Under the pieces are notes generated by a model. It did no database searches and was not told where the DNA came from. It saw only the letters and a list, made by a program, of their open reading frames with translations. A stretch of DNA of 64,000 bases, taken from IMG/VR virus record IMGVR_UViG_3300029945_000001, positions 62,001-126,000 of that record; one strand, 5' to 3'. Made by a program: the position numbers and the translations under genes. How positions within the stretch are numbered: position 1 is the first letter of the stretch; each line of letters starts with the position of its first letter. Below are positions 10,123-18,347 of the stretch, piece by piece.

Positions 10123-11649
10123 ATGTCGGTATATCAGTATTATCACACATATGTTGTTGAAGACGGACAAATAACAGATACAAACGACGAAACACCATTA
10201 CTTTCTTCTTTCTTACAGAAAAGAGTTTACATCATAGTTTCTAAGTATAATGTCAATACGTTAATCATGTTAAACATAAAGGATTATATATCAAAAGAAT
10301 CTAATATTAATCTAAATCTATCTATAGCTGAATTCTGCGATAATCTTAATGATCTATTGGTTTTAAAATATACATCAAATGATATCCCATTAAAGAATAT
10401 TACAACTGGAGCATTTGATAACAGACTTAATATATATGATGCTAATAGTTTAAAAGATGTAGACATTTCTTATACTTCTATTAGTGATCCTTCAAATAAA
10501 AATAACAAATATAGTTTCTTTCAATCTAATGATTTAGTATTGACATCTGATTCTAATAGAGATTTTACAAATTGTCTTATTACAGTTAATGGTGTATTTC
10601 ATAGTACTGAATATTACAATAATAACTTCTTTGTTAAAAATGGTTTTTCTAATATTAAAAATACAAAACAAAAGAATGTCTGTTTAATAGACACAACTAA
10701 TTTGGGTGGTCATTCTACAATTCCTATTACATTAGAAGATATAGAAATTCCTTCTGGTTCTTCAATTCCTTCTAGCATAACTTTGAATTTTAAAAATGCT
10801 AATTTCTTAAATAAAACTATTATTCCCGTTATCTATGGATATCCACTTTTAAATAAAGACTTTTTTAAAGTCTTAGACAATACAAGAATTAAAATATATA
10901 TTAATAGGATCGATTATATTTACCAATTCTTAAAATCACCCAATACTTTATTTTCAAAATACAATTCTTATTTAATCGATAGGCATAGAGAATTCTACAT
11001 CGATACACCAGAACCAGATATTATTGATTCTATTGTGGATCTCATGACAGTTGAATATACTAAATTTATGACTTATAATGAGCCTCATACTGGTATTGTT
11101 GATTTTGGTAAAAGAGAAGATACTCCAGAAATGGTAAATTCTCTAGATGTATTCTTTTCTGATTTTTATCCTAAGATGGTTTCTGAAGATAGAGACGTTA
11201 ATCTTATTGAATTTGAAAATTCACAATATTACAACCAATTAAAAAATCTATTTAATATTATTAAAAAATCACATTTACAATCTAAAGATTTTATCTTACA
11301 ATTATTAACCATGTTTAATTCATTTATTATAACTATTAATAATCCAGATATATTCATTAAAAATTATAAATGTTATTCATTAAATAATAAAGGATATATG
11401 TATACTTGTAAATCTAAAGATACACCTCGTGGATTATTGGTTTATAATAAGTCATTTGTATTACCATATAACATCTGTACAGATGGTACTCTCAATCATC
11501 ATATTTTAAATATAGATTTCTACGACCACACAAATCTGTTATATGATAAAAATCCATTTACAGATTATTTCCCTAATCCTTTCTATGATCAGAATAATGC
11601 CACAAATTACCCTGTAGAGATTGTAGAGTTCTATTCTAAAGCTATCTAA
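10123..11649 (+). CDS. putative virion structural protein
   Basis: 508 aa; NCLITVNGVFH and SFIITINNP motifs seen in phiKZ-like structural proteins; located in the structural cluster. Confidence 0.5.
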   Translation: MSVYQYYHTYVVEDGQITDTNDETPLLSSFLQKRVYIIVSKYNVNTLIMLNIKDYISKESNINLNLSIAEFCDNLNDLLVLKYTSNDIPLKNITTGAFDNRLNIYDANSLKDVDISYTSISDPSNKNNKYSFFQSNDLVLTSDSNRDFTNCLITVNGVFHSTEYYNNNFFVKNGFSNIKNTKQKNVCLIDTTNLGGHSTIPITLEDIEIPSGSSIPSSITLNFKNANFLNKTIIPVIYGYPLLNKDFFKVLDNTRIKIYINRIDYIYQFLKSPNTLFSKYNSYLIDRHREFYIDTPEPDIIDSIVDLMTVEYTKFMTYNEPHTGIVDFGKREDTPEMVNSLDVFFSDFYPKMVSEDRDVNLIEFENSQYYNQLKNLFNIIKKSHLQSKDFILQLLTMFNSFIITINNPDIFIKNYKCYSLNNKGYMYTCKSKDTPRGLLVYNKSFVLPYNICTDGTLNHHILNIDFYDHTNLLYDKNPFTDYFPNPFYDQNNATNYPVEIVEFYSKAI

Positions 11650-11936
11650 TTTAATTATATGCGCATAGTAGTACATACAACGTTTTAAAAGAAATCTGCG
11701 CACTTATATCTTGTGAAACTAAAATATGTATTTTGTTAAATGATAGAGTGGGCGATAGCCCACTCTATCATCATTTTCTTATATTGATTAACTTTATTGA
11801 CTTGTTCTTATGACTTTAGTTTTTTCAAGTTCAAATGAAACACACAAGATAGATCTGAGGATTAAACGAAGAGTTTTTAAGAAAAACTCTTCGACCGAAG
11901 ATTAATTTATTTATATAAAAAATATTTTATTTATTC

Positions 11937-12054
11937 ATAGTAGTCGTCGTTTATTTACTTTTATTTTCATTAAATCTTTTTATATAAAATTATTAAAATG
12001 TGAAAAAATAAAAGTTTTGACATTATATAGGTTGAAGCCGACGACGACTACTAT
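11937..12054. repeat. 14-bp inverted repeat flanking a very AT-rich spacer
   Basis: ATAGTAGTCGTCGT (11937-11950) and ACGACGACTACTAT (12041-12054). Confidence 0.8.
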
Positions 12055-12325
12055 TCCTTAAGGATTTCTGGATACTAGGATATTTTCGGGAGAAAATAGA
12101 CTAGGAGAAAGAAAGACTTATGGAAGAGAGGAGGAGGAGGCATCAACACACTACAAGATGGTCAGAGAATGTAAAAAATTATAATCATTAAAAACCCTTT
12201 AAAGTAAGAGTATTTTATAAAACCATTAAAATTATATCATTCATCCTCGGAAGAGGGTGGATGGTTTATATTTTTTATTAAAGTCATGATCTTATAGATT
12301 TGTTTTTACCAAAAAAGGAATTGAT

Positions 12326-13048
12326 ATGAAGAAAACACCTTATCTTAAGTCTTATGAAAAAACAAAAGATTTAGATCAATTTTTAGAGTATGATGTTGAT
12401 TTAAAAGAATGTAGATTTATTGGTGATAGCATGACTATCTTTATTCCTATGAGATATGAAGCATATGGATTTTTAGAAGTTTCAGATACTTGTAAGTATT
12501 TAGGATTAGTTGATATAATCGTTAATGATAAGTATCAAACTGGATTTAATATTCTAGCCGAAATAGAAAGTGAATTTACAGATCAATCTAAGATCATGGT
12601 GGGTAATACCCAGTATCTTGTTTTAGAATTATCTCACGGTGATAGATTCATGTGTAATACAAAGCTTGTTAAGAACAAAAATATAGCATTCGCAGTTTGG
12701 GTAGAATCTATTACAAGAGGTAAGTTAATTTACAATATGGATTATTTTGCATTAACTCATTTATTAGATTTGAGTGGTCCTAATTGTGCAGCCGATCTTA
12801 AGATCAATCACAGTATTATAGAAATCATTTACAGTCATCTGAGTAGAGATATCAATGATATCAATGTTCAATATAGACATACTGATATGACAAACGATTT
12901 TCAGTTAATTCCATTAAGAAGTGTTGCCGATGCTACTACAAATACCGCCTCTAAGATTACTGGATCTTATTTAGGAGATGCTTTAAATAATGCTATCATT
13001 AATCCATCCCAGGAAAAATATCCATTAGAGACTATTTTACGAAGTTAA
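12326..13048 (+). CDS. putative virion RNA polymerase beta-prime C-terminal subunit (phiKZ gp176/SPN3US gp244-like)
   Basis: 240 aa; C-terminal LIPLRSV..TTNTASKITGSYLGDALNNAIINP..LETILR resembles the beta-prime C-terminal region; near the prohead protease as in phiKZ. Confidence 0.5.
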   Translation: MKKTPYLKSYEKTKDLDQFLEYDVDLKECRFIGDSMTIFIPMRYEAYGFLEVSDTCKYLGLVDIIVNDKYQTGFNILAEIESEFTDQSKIMVGNTQYLVLELSHGDRFMCNTKLVKNKNIAFAVWVESITRGKLIYNMDYFALTHLLDLSGPNCAADLKINHSIIEIIYSHLSRDINDINVQYRHTDMTNDFQLIPLRSVADATTNTASKITGSYLGDALNNAIINPSQEKYPLETILRS

Positions 13049-13200
13049 GCTAGATGTCAGGAACCCTTACGGGTTCCTGACATCTTAAATTACTATTTAG
13101 ATTTTTGTTTTATTTTATAAGTTCTTCAATGAGGAAATATGTATGTCAAAATAATTCGATGACTACATGTTGAGTATTTTTGATTATAAAGATTTTATTA

Positions 13201-13731
13201 AAGATAAAAGAAAAAGATATTAGAATACATGATATTATTCATGTTGTTAGAAACGGAGATGTTATTCCAGGTATTTCATACTCTTTAGAATTATTATCTC
13301 TTTTTGTTTTATCAAAATAAGAAATACCTTCAAAATGTCCATGTTGTCAATCAACTCTTATTAAAGTAAAAACTTCTCTTATCTGTAACAATGAAGATTG
13401 TGAAGATAAAATTCTATTTAAACTTTATCATTTTGTATCTAAAGCAGGACTTAATATAAAAGGATTAGGATTAGAAAATATTAAATTAATTATGAAAAGA
13501 TACAAAGTGAAAACTTATTATGAATTATTATCTTGCGAAACCTCTATCATACAAAACTATTTAAAAGATCATAAAATCACAATAAATGCATTCATTTTAG
13601 GATTAGGGTTTACAAAGACTCAACTAAAAAATACTTTTAGTAATTATAAAACTTTTGAAGAATTATCAAAATGTAAACAATTAGAGCAGCATCATGATGT
13701 ACTAACTTTTATAAAAGAGGTTCAAAAATGA
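13201..13731 (+). pseudogene. ligA: remnant of NAD-dependent DNA ligase (end of OB fold, Zn finger, HhH)
   Basis: One frame reads KIKEKDIRIHDIIHVVRNGDVIPGI...*EIPSKCPCCQS..LICNNEDC..LYHFVSKAGLNIKGLG, with in-frame TAA at 13318-13320; no adenylation domain upstream. Confidence 0.8.
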
Positions 13732-13838
13732 AGTTTACAGCTATATGTGTTTTTGTGTATTTTGTTTTCTTATTTTTGTTATTATAAAGATAATATTTTT
13801 CATTTTAAATAAATTAAACACAAACAAGGAAAATCTAC

Positions 13839-14288
13839 ATGGAAAGCACTAGAGTGTTCTGTGGTTTTCCCGGCGTTGGAAAATCTACACTAGTTAACAA
13901 TAATCATTTAATATCTCAAAAAGTATTAGATTCTGATAGTAGCAAATTTGATAAACAATATTTTCCAGATAATTATATTTCTCATATCAAAGAAACAATC
14001 GAAAATAATAAATATATTTTAGCATCTACACATAAAACTGTTAGAGATGCTTTAGCCATAAATAAAATACGGTATTTTATTTTTATGCCAGAGTATGGAT
14101 TGAAAGATGAATATATTGAGCGATATATAAAGAGAGGTAGCCCAGAATCATTTGTAAAGCTGATGGATGATAATTGGGATTCTTTTTGGGCTAGCTGTCA
14201 GTCAGATACCGAATGCATCAGTATAGTTTATATGAAACGTGGAGAAGTTTTATCTAAATATATGGAGTTGTTTGGTGTCATTACTTAA
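13839..14288 (+). CDS. small P-loop NTPase/kinase-like protein
   Basis: N-terminal Walker A GFPGVGKS followed by DSDSS. Confidence 0.7.
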   Translation: MESTRVFCGFPGVGKSTLVNNNHLISQKVLDSDSSKFDKQYFPDNYISHIKETIENNKYILASTHKTVRDALAINKIRYFIFMPEYGLKDEYIERYIKRGSPESFVKLMDDNWDSFWASCQSDTECISIVYMKRGEVLSKYMELFGVIT

Positions 14289-14324
14289 TTATGATCTAAA
14301 CAGACAAAACAAAAAGGATAAAAG

Positions 14325-14525
14325 ATGAAAAAGAATATGCAAGGTATAACTATATGGAGATTAAATAATTTAATTGAACATTCTAAAGAAAATTTCGTTA
14401 ATGTTGATAAAGGATGGATTCCTTGCAGACCACTCGGTTGTTTTGGTTTTAGATATAAATTAAAAGCTATTTTAATGGTTCTTAGAGGCGAAGCTGATGT
14501 TGTTATATGGCCAAAGATATGTTAA
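14325..14525 (+). CDS. hypothetical protein
   Basis: RBS AAGGA; 66 aa; WIPCRPLG motif. Confidence 0.6.
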   Translation: MKKNMQGITIWRLNNLIEHSKENFVNVDKGWIPCRPLGCFGFRYKLKAILMVLRGEADVVIWPKIC

Positions 14526-14540
14526 TGATCTTTATGGAGT

Positions 14541-14804
14541 ATGTCAATGAGAGAAGATCTACTACGAAGTGATCCACAAGGTATTATAATAAAAACTATA
14601 CAAGAATGTAGTGAAGTTATTTTAGCACTTACAAAACTACAAACATTTGGAAATGTTGCTACAGATCCAAAAACAAATATTACATATGACAATATAAAAG
14701 ATGTATTAGACGAAGTTAAAGATATGGAACATGCAGTTTCTAAATTAAGAAAAATATTAGATTACAAAACGAACTGTAAACTTGAAACAGGAGAAACGAC
14801 GTGA
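14541..14804 (+). CDS. MazG-like nucleotide pyrophosphohydrolase
   Basis: QECSEVILALTKLQTFG ... DEVKD acidic helix pattern; overlaps thyA start. Confidence 0.55.
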   Translation: MSMREDLLRSDPQGIIIKTIQECSEVILALTKLQTFGNVATDPKTNITYDNIKDVLDEVKDMEHAVSKLRKILDYKTNCKLETGETT

Positions 14805-15766
14805 GACAATATAAACAACTTTTACATCATATTAAAGTGAATGGTAGACCTTTTATGGATCGTACTGGTACCGGATGCCTTGGTGTCTTTGGTAGTATGG
14901 TCCAATTTAATGTCGAAGATTCTATTCCTATTTTGACTGCGAAGTATGTTAATATAAAAAATATTATCCATGAACTATTATGGTTCTTATCTGGTGATAC
15001 CAATATTAAATATCTTGTTGAAAATAATGTTCATATTTGGACAGACTGGCCGTTAAAGAAATATAATAATGATTCCGGCTGTGCTATTTTAAATAGAAAA
15101 GAGTTTGAAGATGCTATTATGACAGTTGCTGGATTTTCTGAAAAATGGGGTGATATTGGCCCTTGTTATGGAAAACAGTGGCGTAACTGGAAAGGTAAAA
15201 TAAATAGTGCTACTCCTATTTTTACCAACAGATCAAAAGACAATTTACATGGTATAATTGATATTGAATATGAATATCACGATCAAATTAAAAATATTAT
15301 TGATGCAATTAATAATAATCCTACTGATCGTGGTATTATTTTAAGTGGCTGGAATGTTGCCGATCTCAATGGAATGGCACTTCGTCCATGTCACACGATG
15401 TATCAGTTTAAAGCATATCCGGATACAAAACAGTTATCTATGATTCAATATTGTCGTTCTCAAGATTTATTCTTAGGGACTCCTTACAATTGGGTTTCTG
15501 GTACTCTCTTATTAAAAATGATTGCTCAAGTTACTGGTTATACTCCATATGAATTTATTTGGGATGGTGGTGATGTACATCTTTATAATAACCATATGGA
15601 ACAGGTTGAAAAATATTTAGATCTTCCTACATTTAAATTACCTAATATTGCTATTGATCAATCTGTTATAAATATAGATTATTTTAAGTTTGAACATTTT
15701 GATATTGAAAAGTTTGAACAAAATTATAAACACGGTCCTTTTATTCCTGCCCCTGTTGCTGTTTGA
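14801..15766 (+). CDS. thyA: thymidylate synthase
   Basis: DRTGTG, ELLWFLSG, YGKQWRNW, MALRPCH, RSQDLFLGTPYN, GDVHLYNNH. Confidence 0.97.
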   Translation: MRQYKQLLHHIKVNGRPFMDRTGTGCLGVFGSMVQFNVEDSIPILTAKYVNIKNIIHELLWFLSGDTNIKYLVENNVHIWTDWPLKKYNNDSGCAILNRKEFEDAIMTVAGFSEKWGDIGPCYGKQWRNWKGKINSATPIFTNRSKDNLHGIIDIEYEYHDQIKNIIDAINNNPTDRGIILSGWNVADLNGMALRPCHTMYQFKAYPDTKQLSMIQYCRSQDLFLGTPYNWVSGTLLLKMIAQVTGYTPYEFIWDGGDVHLYNNHMEQVEKYLDLPTFKLPNIAIDQSVINIDYFKFEHFDIEKFEQNYKHGPFIPAPVAV

Positions 15767-15815
15767 TTCTATCAGTAGATGGAGTGCCATTGGCACTCCA
15801 TCTACTATTTAGATA

Positions 15816-15890
15816 TATATTACACGTTTGTAACGATTTAATTTTGGCGCTTTGAAAAGTGTACTTCCTTTTTAAATAGATATATATTAC
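15816..15890 (+). promoter_or_regulatory. two tandem phiKZ-type early promoter motifs (TATATTAC)
   Basis: TATATTAC at 15816-15823 and 15883-15890, just after a hairpin. Also on + strand at 17635, 25831, 26627, 31566, 35634, 44577, 46707, 50041, 50557, 56484 and 63959. Matches the phiKZ early promoter consensus. Confidence 0.8.
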
Positions 15891-15971
15891 TTAAATGAAT
15901 AAGTTCACTTCTTGAGTGAGCTTTGTTGACTTAAAGGTACGTTGTTACCTATAATCTTGGGAGACTGTATC

Positions 15972-16157
15972 ATGGAAAAACTCATCGCGCGTGCTAAAGA
16001 AATCGGTGTGTGGCAAATCACTATCGATATTATCATAAACAACCATATCTACAATGAAGATGAAAAGATCGCTGAGCTTACCAGAGTCATCGATATGTAT
16101 GGTGTCCTCAGTAAGTCTGATGGTCAAATTGGCTCCGAGAATATGACTTGTCACTGA
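15972..16157 (+). CDS. hypothetical early protein
   Basis: GGGAG RBS before ATG at 15972; downstream of early promoter. Confidence 0.55.
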   Translation: MEKLIARAKEIGVWQITIDIIINNHIYNEDEKIAELTRVIDMYGVLSKSDGQIGSENMTCH

Positions 16158-16320
16158 GTGTATATATAATTCAGATCTTACAAGATAGACAGGACCGTAC
16201 GGTCCTGTCTATCTGTATCTATCATATTTTTTATTTTTTCAAAAAGTGTAGTTGAAGATTATACAAATATATATTGTTATATTGAAGAAGAGATATAAAA
16301 ATATCTCATAACCCTTTCTT

Positions 16321-16650
16321 ATGGTGAATATCATGACCATCATGACCGACGCCCATGCCGCTAAGCAGTACAATGCTACCTTCATCAATTCGGTTATTGC
16401 CGCCAAGGCCAAGACCGACTCCTCCAAGCAGCTCGTCCGCTTCTTCTTTGACTATCTGGTTGCTGCTGTGAAAAGCAAGACCAACGATAAGTCGTACATC
16501 GAACTCCCGATCAGTATGCTGGTTGCTGATTTCAGCACGGTTTACAATGCCGATATGAAATCTGTGTTTTCGACAGTGTTCGAATCCATCCGTTTGCTGA
16601 AGATCAAGAACATCCGCACCATGGACCAGAACATTCAAATCGTCTTTTAA
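16321..16650 (+). CDS. hypothetical protein with strongly C-ending codon usage
   Basis: 109 aa; bounded by a promoter-like motif and a hairpin. Confidence 0.7.
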   Translation: MVNIMTIMTDAHAAKQYNATFINSVIAAKAKTDSSKQLVRFFFDYLVAAVKSKTNDKSYIELPISMLVADFSTVYNADMKSVFSTVFESIRLLKIKNIRTMDQNIQIVF

Positions 16651-16750
16651 GAAGGAGGGAATCTATTCCCTCCTTCTTATTTTTTGTTTTTAACCTTAAA
16701 ATACTATAGACTGTAGCTTTCTTTATTTTTTAGAAAGGATCGAAGGTATT

Positions 16751-17572
16751 ATGGCTACATTAGAAGATGTCTCTCGTCTGGTATTTACAGTTGAAACTCT
16801 TTATACCCAGGATAATAAATCTTTAGGCGTTCTTCGTCCTGATGAAAATGGTTATTATGATACGCCTTTGGCAGCTTTGGGGATTCCCTCTCGTAACAAT
16901 ACTTATTACTATGTTAAGAATTTCTTAGACTCTATGACAAATAAAGATTCTCCTATAAACATCATGTTGACTGGTGGTAATTTGTATGGCGAATGGGGAC
17001 ATCCCATGCGTACGGATTATCCTGATGACGATACATTCTTACAGAGACTTCGTATTATTGATGAAAAGAAATATTCTCATCATATTAAATCTGTTTATAC
17101 TGGAGATACTTTAGAGAATGGTGGTAAGTTAGTTAGAGGATTAGTGAAACCTTATGGTCCTTATGGCCATTGTGTTGAGCAGAACTTTGCTGAACGATTC
17201 ATGAATACTTCATTTAGTTTAAGAGCTATCGTTGATCAACAGATTAAAAACAATTTGGCTATGAGAACTATTAAATCTCTTTATACATTCGATGCTGTTG
17301 GTGTTGGTGGTTATGCTGAAGCTTCTAAGCGTTTCAGTGGTGCCACAGAGTCACTTGAACGAATGGATATTAAGTTATCATTAGATACCATTACAACAAC
17401 TGAGTTTGGTCTTGAGTGTTTTACACAATCAGAAATTAATGATTTAATGAAATCTAAGAAGGTTATTGTTGGTAAGACTACTGTTAATCTTATTAAAGTT
17501 AATGACAGTTATAGATCAGAAGATAAAGCTAGGTCTATCTTTACTGAAGCTATGAAATTGACAAGACGTTAA
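16751..17572 (+). CDS. prohead (head maturation) protease, phiKZ gp175-like
   Basis: LYGEWGHP (His), SFSLRA (Ser), TFDAV (Asp); GATES and GLE self-cleavage-like sites in the C-terminal part. Confidence 0.8.
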   Translation: MATLEDVSRLVFTVETLYTQDNKSLGVLRPDENGYYDTPLAALGIPSRNNTYYYVKNFLDSMTNKDSPINIMLTGGNLYGEWGHPMRTDYPDDDTFLQRLRIIDEKKYSHHIKSVYTGDTLENGGKLVRGLVKPYGPYGHCVEQNFAERFMNTSFSLRAIVDQQIKNNLAMRTIKSLYTFDAVGVGGYAEASKRFSGATESLERMDIKLSLDTITTTEFGLECFTQSEINDLMKSKKVIVGKTTVNLIKVNDSYRSEDKARSIFTEAMKLTRR

Positions 17573-17662
17573 AGTTGACATAGTGAGGATGGCGTCTGCC
17601 ATCCTCACTATGTATTTAAATCTCATTTTAAGTATATATTACATTATTGTACACGAACGATT

Positions 17663-18211
17663 TTGTTCATACGGAGAAACACCATGGCTGTTCTTAAACT
17701 GAGTGAAGTCTTGACTACAGATCAGATTCGTCAGAAATATCGTTATATTGCTATTTTGTTTTCACAAGATCCTAAGAAATACATTTTCAAAAAACAAGCA
17801 CTTTGTGATGATTTGAGATATAGTAATCTTAAAGAATTAGCCGATGAAGAAGAAATTCTCCATAATAGGTTTATGATGGACATTTCAGTTGGTCGTAATT
17901 ACTTGGAATATGAAACTATTCAAAAATTATCGACTGAAACATTTCCTATCATACATGAAAAGATTGAACGTCTTGCTAGTCAGGATGATATTGATATGGT
18001 TGTTATTAACACAACCACCGTTGAAAACAGTGAAGAACTTTTTGAGAAAAACGCCCATATCGTTATTTCATCTGAAGAAGAACATGTTGCAGCATTGGCG
18101 CGCATTGATATTCTTATGAATGCTGAGGAGGGAACTCTTGAAGCTGATGAGTTAGCGACGCTTGCTTCAGCAGTCCAACTATATGAAAAATATAAGTTTC
18201 CATTAGGTTAA
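17663..18211 (+). CDS. early protein with C-terminal HigA-antitoxin-like helical domain, no HTH
   Basis: C-terminus ISSEEEHVAALARIDILMNAEEGTLEADELATLASAVQLYEKYKFPL resembles the N-terminal domain of HigA/XRE antitoxins; likely start ATG 17684. Confidence 0.55.
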   Translation: MFIRRNTMAVLKLSEVLTTDQIRQKYRYIAILFSQDPKKYIFKKQALCDDLRYSNLKELADEEEILHNRFMMDISVGRNYLEYETIQKLSTETFPIIHEKIERLASQDDIDMVVINTTTVENSEELFEKNAHIVISSEEEHVAALARIDILMNAEEGTLEADELATLASAVQLYEKYKFPLG

Positions 18212-18347
18212 TAACTGATTTGAAATATATGTAGGGGGTGACATCATCACCCCCTTAAGATCTATTTATAATTATTGTTTTATTTTTTTAATAAAATAGT
18301 ATTTTTTAATATTTTATAAGAAACCTATTTTTATTAGGAGTATTTAT

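Noticed and set aside
13318-13320. stop-codon reassignment suggested by in-frame stops in relic genes
   Set aside because: Long core genes translate intact with the standard code, all three stops end genes, and no suppressor tRNA is seen
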